A stretch of DNA of 64,000 bases from an uncultured Verrucomicrobiae bacterium (lineage in GTDB: Bacteria > Verrucomicrobiota > Verrucomicrobiia > Palsa-1439): the NCBI GenBank assembly GCA_963812605.1, contig CAWEWF010000005.1, positions 373,245 to 437,244 on the forward strand, given 5' to 3'. Position 1 is the stretch's first letter, and each line of letters opens with the position of its first letter. The notes below the pieces were generated by a model that had not been told where the DNA came from, did no database searches, and saw nothing but the letters and a program-made list of their open reading frames with translations. Of this stretch, positions 60,135 to 64,000 are shown one piece after another. The position numbers and the translations under genes are program-made.

Positions 60135-61319
60135 TTACTGACCAGGAGACGGCAACGCGCCGGGCGTCCCGACGAAGTGGTAGACTTCGCTACCCGCCAA
60201 CAAGAAAGCGCCGACGCCGTACACTTCGGTATTGGTCGCATTCAAGGTTGCCGGATTGGCGCCGATGGGCTGTACAGATCCAAGCCGACCGTCGGCATCC
60301 AGGCAGTGCACGAGCCCTTGCCAGGCTTTGCGGATGGCTGGTTCGTAGTCCGCCCTGGAAAGCAAATTTTGATTCACCCCCCACGCCAGCCCGTACAGAA
60401 TAAAGCCGCTGCCGCTGCTTTCCGGTGCCGGAAAACTGTCCGGATCCAGGAGGCTGGCGCGCCAGAGACCGTCCTGACCCTGGAGCTTTACGAGCCGCGC
60501 GGCCATGTCCTCGAACTGGGCGACGTATCGCTGTCGATCGGGATAATCGGCGGGCAGGTATTGCAACACGCGCACGAGCCCGCCCAGCACCCAGCCATTG
60601 CCACGCGACCAGAAGACCTTTTTGCCATTGGCCTCGCGCTTCGTGAGGAAACGATCGTCGCGATAGTAGAGATGTTCCTGCTTGTCGTAGAGGTGGTCGG
60701 AGGTCCGCCACCAGCGCTCATTCATGAAATCCAGGTACCTCTTATCGCCCGTGGCAGCGAAGAGCCTCGTCCAGACCGGGGGTGACATGAACAACGCGTC
60801 GCACCAGACCCATTTTTCCCGCGCGTTGGGCTTGGTGAAACCCAGGTCATTTTCATCCTTCGGCGGGGTCGCCATGATTTGGTCACAACGTTGTTTGGCC
60901 GGCTCCAGCATCCGTGGATCGTGATGCTGCAGGTAGAGTTCGAGATAAGTTTGGAGCACGCAGTAATTGTCGGCGTGGTACACGAGGTTGGTGGAGGGTT
61001 TCCAATCGTTTTTCCGTCCCATCTCCATCATGGCATCGTGATACTTCGGATCGACGGCGACCGACGCCAGTGCCATCATGCCCGCGTAGTAAGCGCCCTG
61101 CGTCCAGTCTGTCGTGGGATGCGCGCTCGGGTTGGCGAGTTGCCAGTCGGCGACCCGTTTCATGGTTGCCAGCACGGCCTTCTGGTTGATCTCGCTCGAA
61201 AGTGTGGCGGCAGGCAACGCCTGATTCGTGAGAATCGATTCAGCGCTGCGGGTTTCTGGCGCCAGCATCAATGAAGTGGCCAGGATGGCGATTGCCAACC
61301 GGCACGTTATGAGACGCAT
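60135..61319 (-). CDS. Unsaturated rhamnogalacturonyl hydrolase (GH105/GH88 family)
   Basis: WVWCDALFM, FWSRGNGWV, ESSGS, YGVGAFLLAG; signal peptide. Confidence 0.9.
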   Translation of the reverse strand: MRLITCRLAIAILATSLMLAPETRSAESILTNQALPAATLSSEINQKAVLATMKRVADWQLANPSAHPTTDWTQGAYYAGMMALASVAVDPKYHDAMMEMGRKNDWKPSTNLVYHADNYCVLQTYLELYLQHHDPRMLEPAKQRCDQIMATPPKDENDLGFTKPNAREKWVWCDALFMSPPVWTRLFAATGDKRYLDFMNERWWRTSDHLYDKQEHLYYRDDRFLTKREANGKKVFWSRGNGWVLGGLVRVLQYLPADYPDRQRYVAQFEDMAARLVKLQGQDGLWRASLLDPDSFPAPESSGSGFILYGLAWGVNQNLLSRADYEPAIRKAWQGLVHCLDADGRLGSVQPIGANPATLNATNTEVYGVGAFLLAGSEVYHFVGTPGALPSPGQ

Positions 61320-61453
61320 GCCGCCAGTTTGCCATTTTAGAATGCGGCCTGCAATCCTTCTCGTGACACCAAGTATCGGATGGTCACGCGCGAGGAGTTG
61401 CGCTAGGCTTTTGGAGCGTTGAAAACGCCCAAGGTCATCCCGCTTCCCGTCAG

Positions 61454-63356
61454 ATGAAGGTCACCCGCATCATGCTTTTGGGATTGGCCCTGACGATTTT
61501 CGCGGGCACCCTCTGGCTGCATTGGCCCGCGGTGAATGGCGCATTTCTCACGCGGATGGACGATGACGAATACTTGCGGCAGTCCGTGCGTTGGCAGGGC
61601 CTGAGCTGGGGCGCGGTGCGCTGGGCGTTTACGAGCGCGGAGCCGTACTATCAACCGCTGCCGCGTCTCTCGCACGTCCTTGATTACCAGATTTGGGGGA
61701 CGAAGGCACAGGGGCACCACGCCACCAGCGTAGTATTGCACGCCCTCAACGCCGCGCTCGTCTTCGGCTTTCTCTGGACGCTGCTCGGCGTACCGGCCAT
61801 TTCGTTGACGACCAATGAGCGATTGGCATTGTCAATCGGTGTGGCGATGGTATTCGCGATTCATCCTTTGCAGGTCGAATCAGTCGCATGGATGTCGGGG
61901 CGGACGCAATTATTGTGCACGACGTTCGGGATCGGCAGTCTCTGGGCGTACGTTGCGGGGGCACGGCGGTGGATGGTGTGGACGCTGTTCATCGCAGCGC
62001 TGCTCTGCAAGCCGCTGGCCGTATCATTGCCCTTCACGATGCTGGCGTTGGATTACTTTTTGGTGCGGCCACGCGGAGAAACGGGCTGGGGACAATTGCT
62101 GCGCCGGAACGCTGCGTTGATTGCGGTAGGTGTCGTGGCAGCGTTGGCAACGATCATCACAGAGTCGCGGGAAGGCGGTCTCCTTTTGCCGATAGAATCG
62201 GTACGGCCATCACAACGCGTGTGGCTGACAGCGCAGAGCCTGATGTTTTATCCCTGGAAACTCGTGTGGCCTGCGCGGCTGTCGCCTTACTACCCGCGGC
62301 CGGCGAATCTTTCGGTGCTCCAGCCATTCGTCGTTTGCATCCCTGCTTGGCGTGGTGGTCATCACGGCATTGTGTATCTGGCGCGGGCGACGCGCGCCGC
62401 TACTGGTGGCGGGGTGGGGGACATATGTGTTGTTCGTTCTGCCGGTTTCGGGACTGACGGCGACAGGCGGGCAGGCGGTGGCCGACCGGTATGCCTACCT
62501 GGCCATGCTGCCGCTACTGCTCCTCGGGGGCGGAGCCGTGGTTTGGTTGTGGAGGCGTTCTCCAACAATTGCCCGGTGCGGACTAGCCGTGTTGCTGATG
62601 GGCGAACTGTTTTTCTTTGGATTGCGCACGCGGGCCCAGACCTTGGTCTGGCGGAACGATGAGACGTTGTGGCGCGGCGTGCTGGCGCAGTTTCCAAATT
62701 CGGACCAAGCCAATGAGATGCTGGCGCAGACGCTGTTGAACCAGAATCGAATTCCCGAAGCTCTCGCTTATGCGCAGCATGCCGTAGAAGTTGCGCCGTC
62801 CGCCGAAACCCATCGGAACCTGGGGATCGCCCTGACGCAGGCCGGCAAAGTCCAGGAGGCCATCGGGGAATTCAACGTGGCCCTGCAGATCAAGCCGGAT
62901 ATGGCCGACACGCACTGTCTTTTGGGAGTTGCTTTGCAGAGAGAAGGCAAACTTGAGGAGGCGATTGGGCACTATCAGGAGGCGTTGCGGGTGAATCCCG
63001 ACAACGCCGATGTCCATTACAATTTGGGGACCGCACTTGTGCGACTGGGTCGGGTGGAGGAGGCGATGGGGCATTGGAAGGAAGCCTTGCGGATCAATCC
63101 GGACCACGCCGAGGCCCATGCCAATCTGGCCGTTGCCTTGGAGCAAGCGGGCAAGCTGGAGGATGCCGTTGCGCATTATGAGCGGGCGCTACGGATCAGG
63201 CCCGACCTTGCCGTGGTGCATTACGATCTCGGAAACGCGTTGGCGCGACTGGGTCGCGTGCCAGAGGCAATCCAGCACTATGAAGAAGCCGTGCGGCTCA
63301 AACCTGATTACGTCGAAGCGCAGAATGCGCTGGCACGATTACGGGTGGCACGGTAA
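61454..63356 (+). CDS. TMTC-like membrane glycosyltransferase with C-terminal TPRs, frameshifted near 62340
   Basis: DD motif, HPLQVESVAW.SGR, LSPYYP, VADRYAYL, multiple TPR repeats. Confidence 0.85.
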
Positions 63357-63396
63357 AAAACAAAGGGCTTCCCGAATAACTCGGGAAGCCCCTTTT
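63356..63396. terminator. Bidirectional intrinsic terminator
   Basis: GGGCTTCCCGA-ATAAC-TCGGGAAGCCC flanked by A-run and T-run between convergent genes. Confidence 0.85.
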
Positions 63397-63414
63397 GAGT
63401 TCGCAATATCTGGT

Positions 63415-64000
63415 CTAGCTGCGGCGGCGACGGATCAACATCAACATCGCGCCAAATCCGGCTCCTGCCAGCACGAACGTGGAAGGCTCGGGAACAACGT
63501 TTGTCGCAACCGTTATGGACTGAATATCAACTTCAGAATTCGATGGTGAAGCACCCGCGCCCACCACAGAGCGATAGCCAAACGCCAGGGCATCGAACGA
63601 GAAGTCCGTGATGCCATTCGTTGTGCCCTGCTCGCCGAAAAGAAGCGAGCCGCCCGTACCAGCACCCGCGTACAGCAGGTTACTCACCGCGAGGCTATTG
63701 ACTCCCGTAAGCGTGATCCGGAACTCCGACGTGTTGGTTGAGCCCTGAGTTTCCGAGACCGTACTTGCCTTGGATGCGCCGGTCAGTTGACCGCCTTGGG
63801 GACTATTGTAGGCTTGGGAGCTACTGGCGGCGTTGAAGAGCAATTCCTGATTCTGCGCGGAGGTCGCACTGGTCTGTTTCGGACGGGCATAGACTTTGGA
63901 GTTGGCGCCCTGAAAAACGCTGCCAGCATAACCTTGCCAGTTCTGGGCTCCGCCAGTGGGGCTGGTCGTGCTGTTGTAAAGCACTCCACCTTTCTGGTGT
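63415..64000 (-). CDS. PEP-CTERM protein, 5' end outside window
   Basis: VPEPSTFVL..IRRRS C-terminus. Confidence 0.88.
   Translation of the reverse strand, partial: HQKGGVLYNSTTSPTGGAQNWQGYAGSVFQGANSKVYARPKQTSATSAQNQELLFNAASSSQAYNSPQGGQLTGASKASTVSETQGSTNTSEFRITLTGVNSLAVSNLLYAGAGTGGSLLFGEQGTTNGITDFSFDALAFGYRSVVGAGASPSNSEVDIQSITVATNVVPEPSTFVLAGAGFGAMLMLIRRRRS

Overview
GC-rich bacterial chromosome segment, most consistent with Verrucomicrobiota (PEP-CTERM proteins, gene repertoire). The backbone carries type IV pilus/T2SS genes, an NtrC-type regulator, a CCA-adding enzyme, a U32 protein, rpsU, uvrC, murJ, waaF, lpxK, rnr, folE, miaB, an HU/IHF gene, hisS, aspS, accA and a hexuronate/pectin locus. 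Accessory parts are a decayed ECF-sigma/metallophosphoesterase/cupredoxin island, a DUF262 (GmrSD-like) relic, an intact IS1182-family element and a TIR-APAZ plus short Argonaute (SPARTA-type) defence operon. Many conserved genes carry single frameshifts, probably long-read indel errors. The least explained signals are non-coding. (1) An element of up to ~500 bp occurs three times, each copy with a 17-bp-spaced sigma70 promoter, a boxA-like GCGGTTCTTTGAMA motif and an AAACGAACC motif; in two copies this motif forms a covarying stem with GGTTCGTTT that can switch partners, and the copies are embedded in clusters of unrelated REP-like hairpins. (2) An orphan gene is held between outward-facing ends and remnants of a Y1/RAYT-like transposase, inside a 63-bp direct repeat. 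(3) A REP-like palindrome is inserted in-frame in the CCA-adding enzyme gene. All calls come from reading the sequence by eye; no searches were run.
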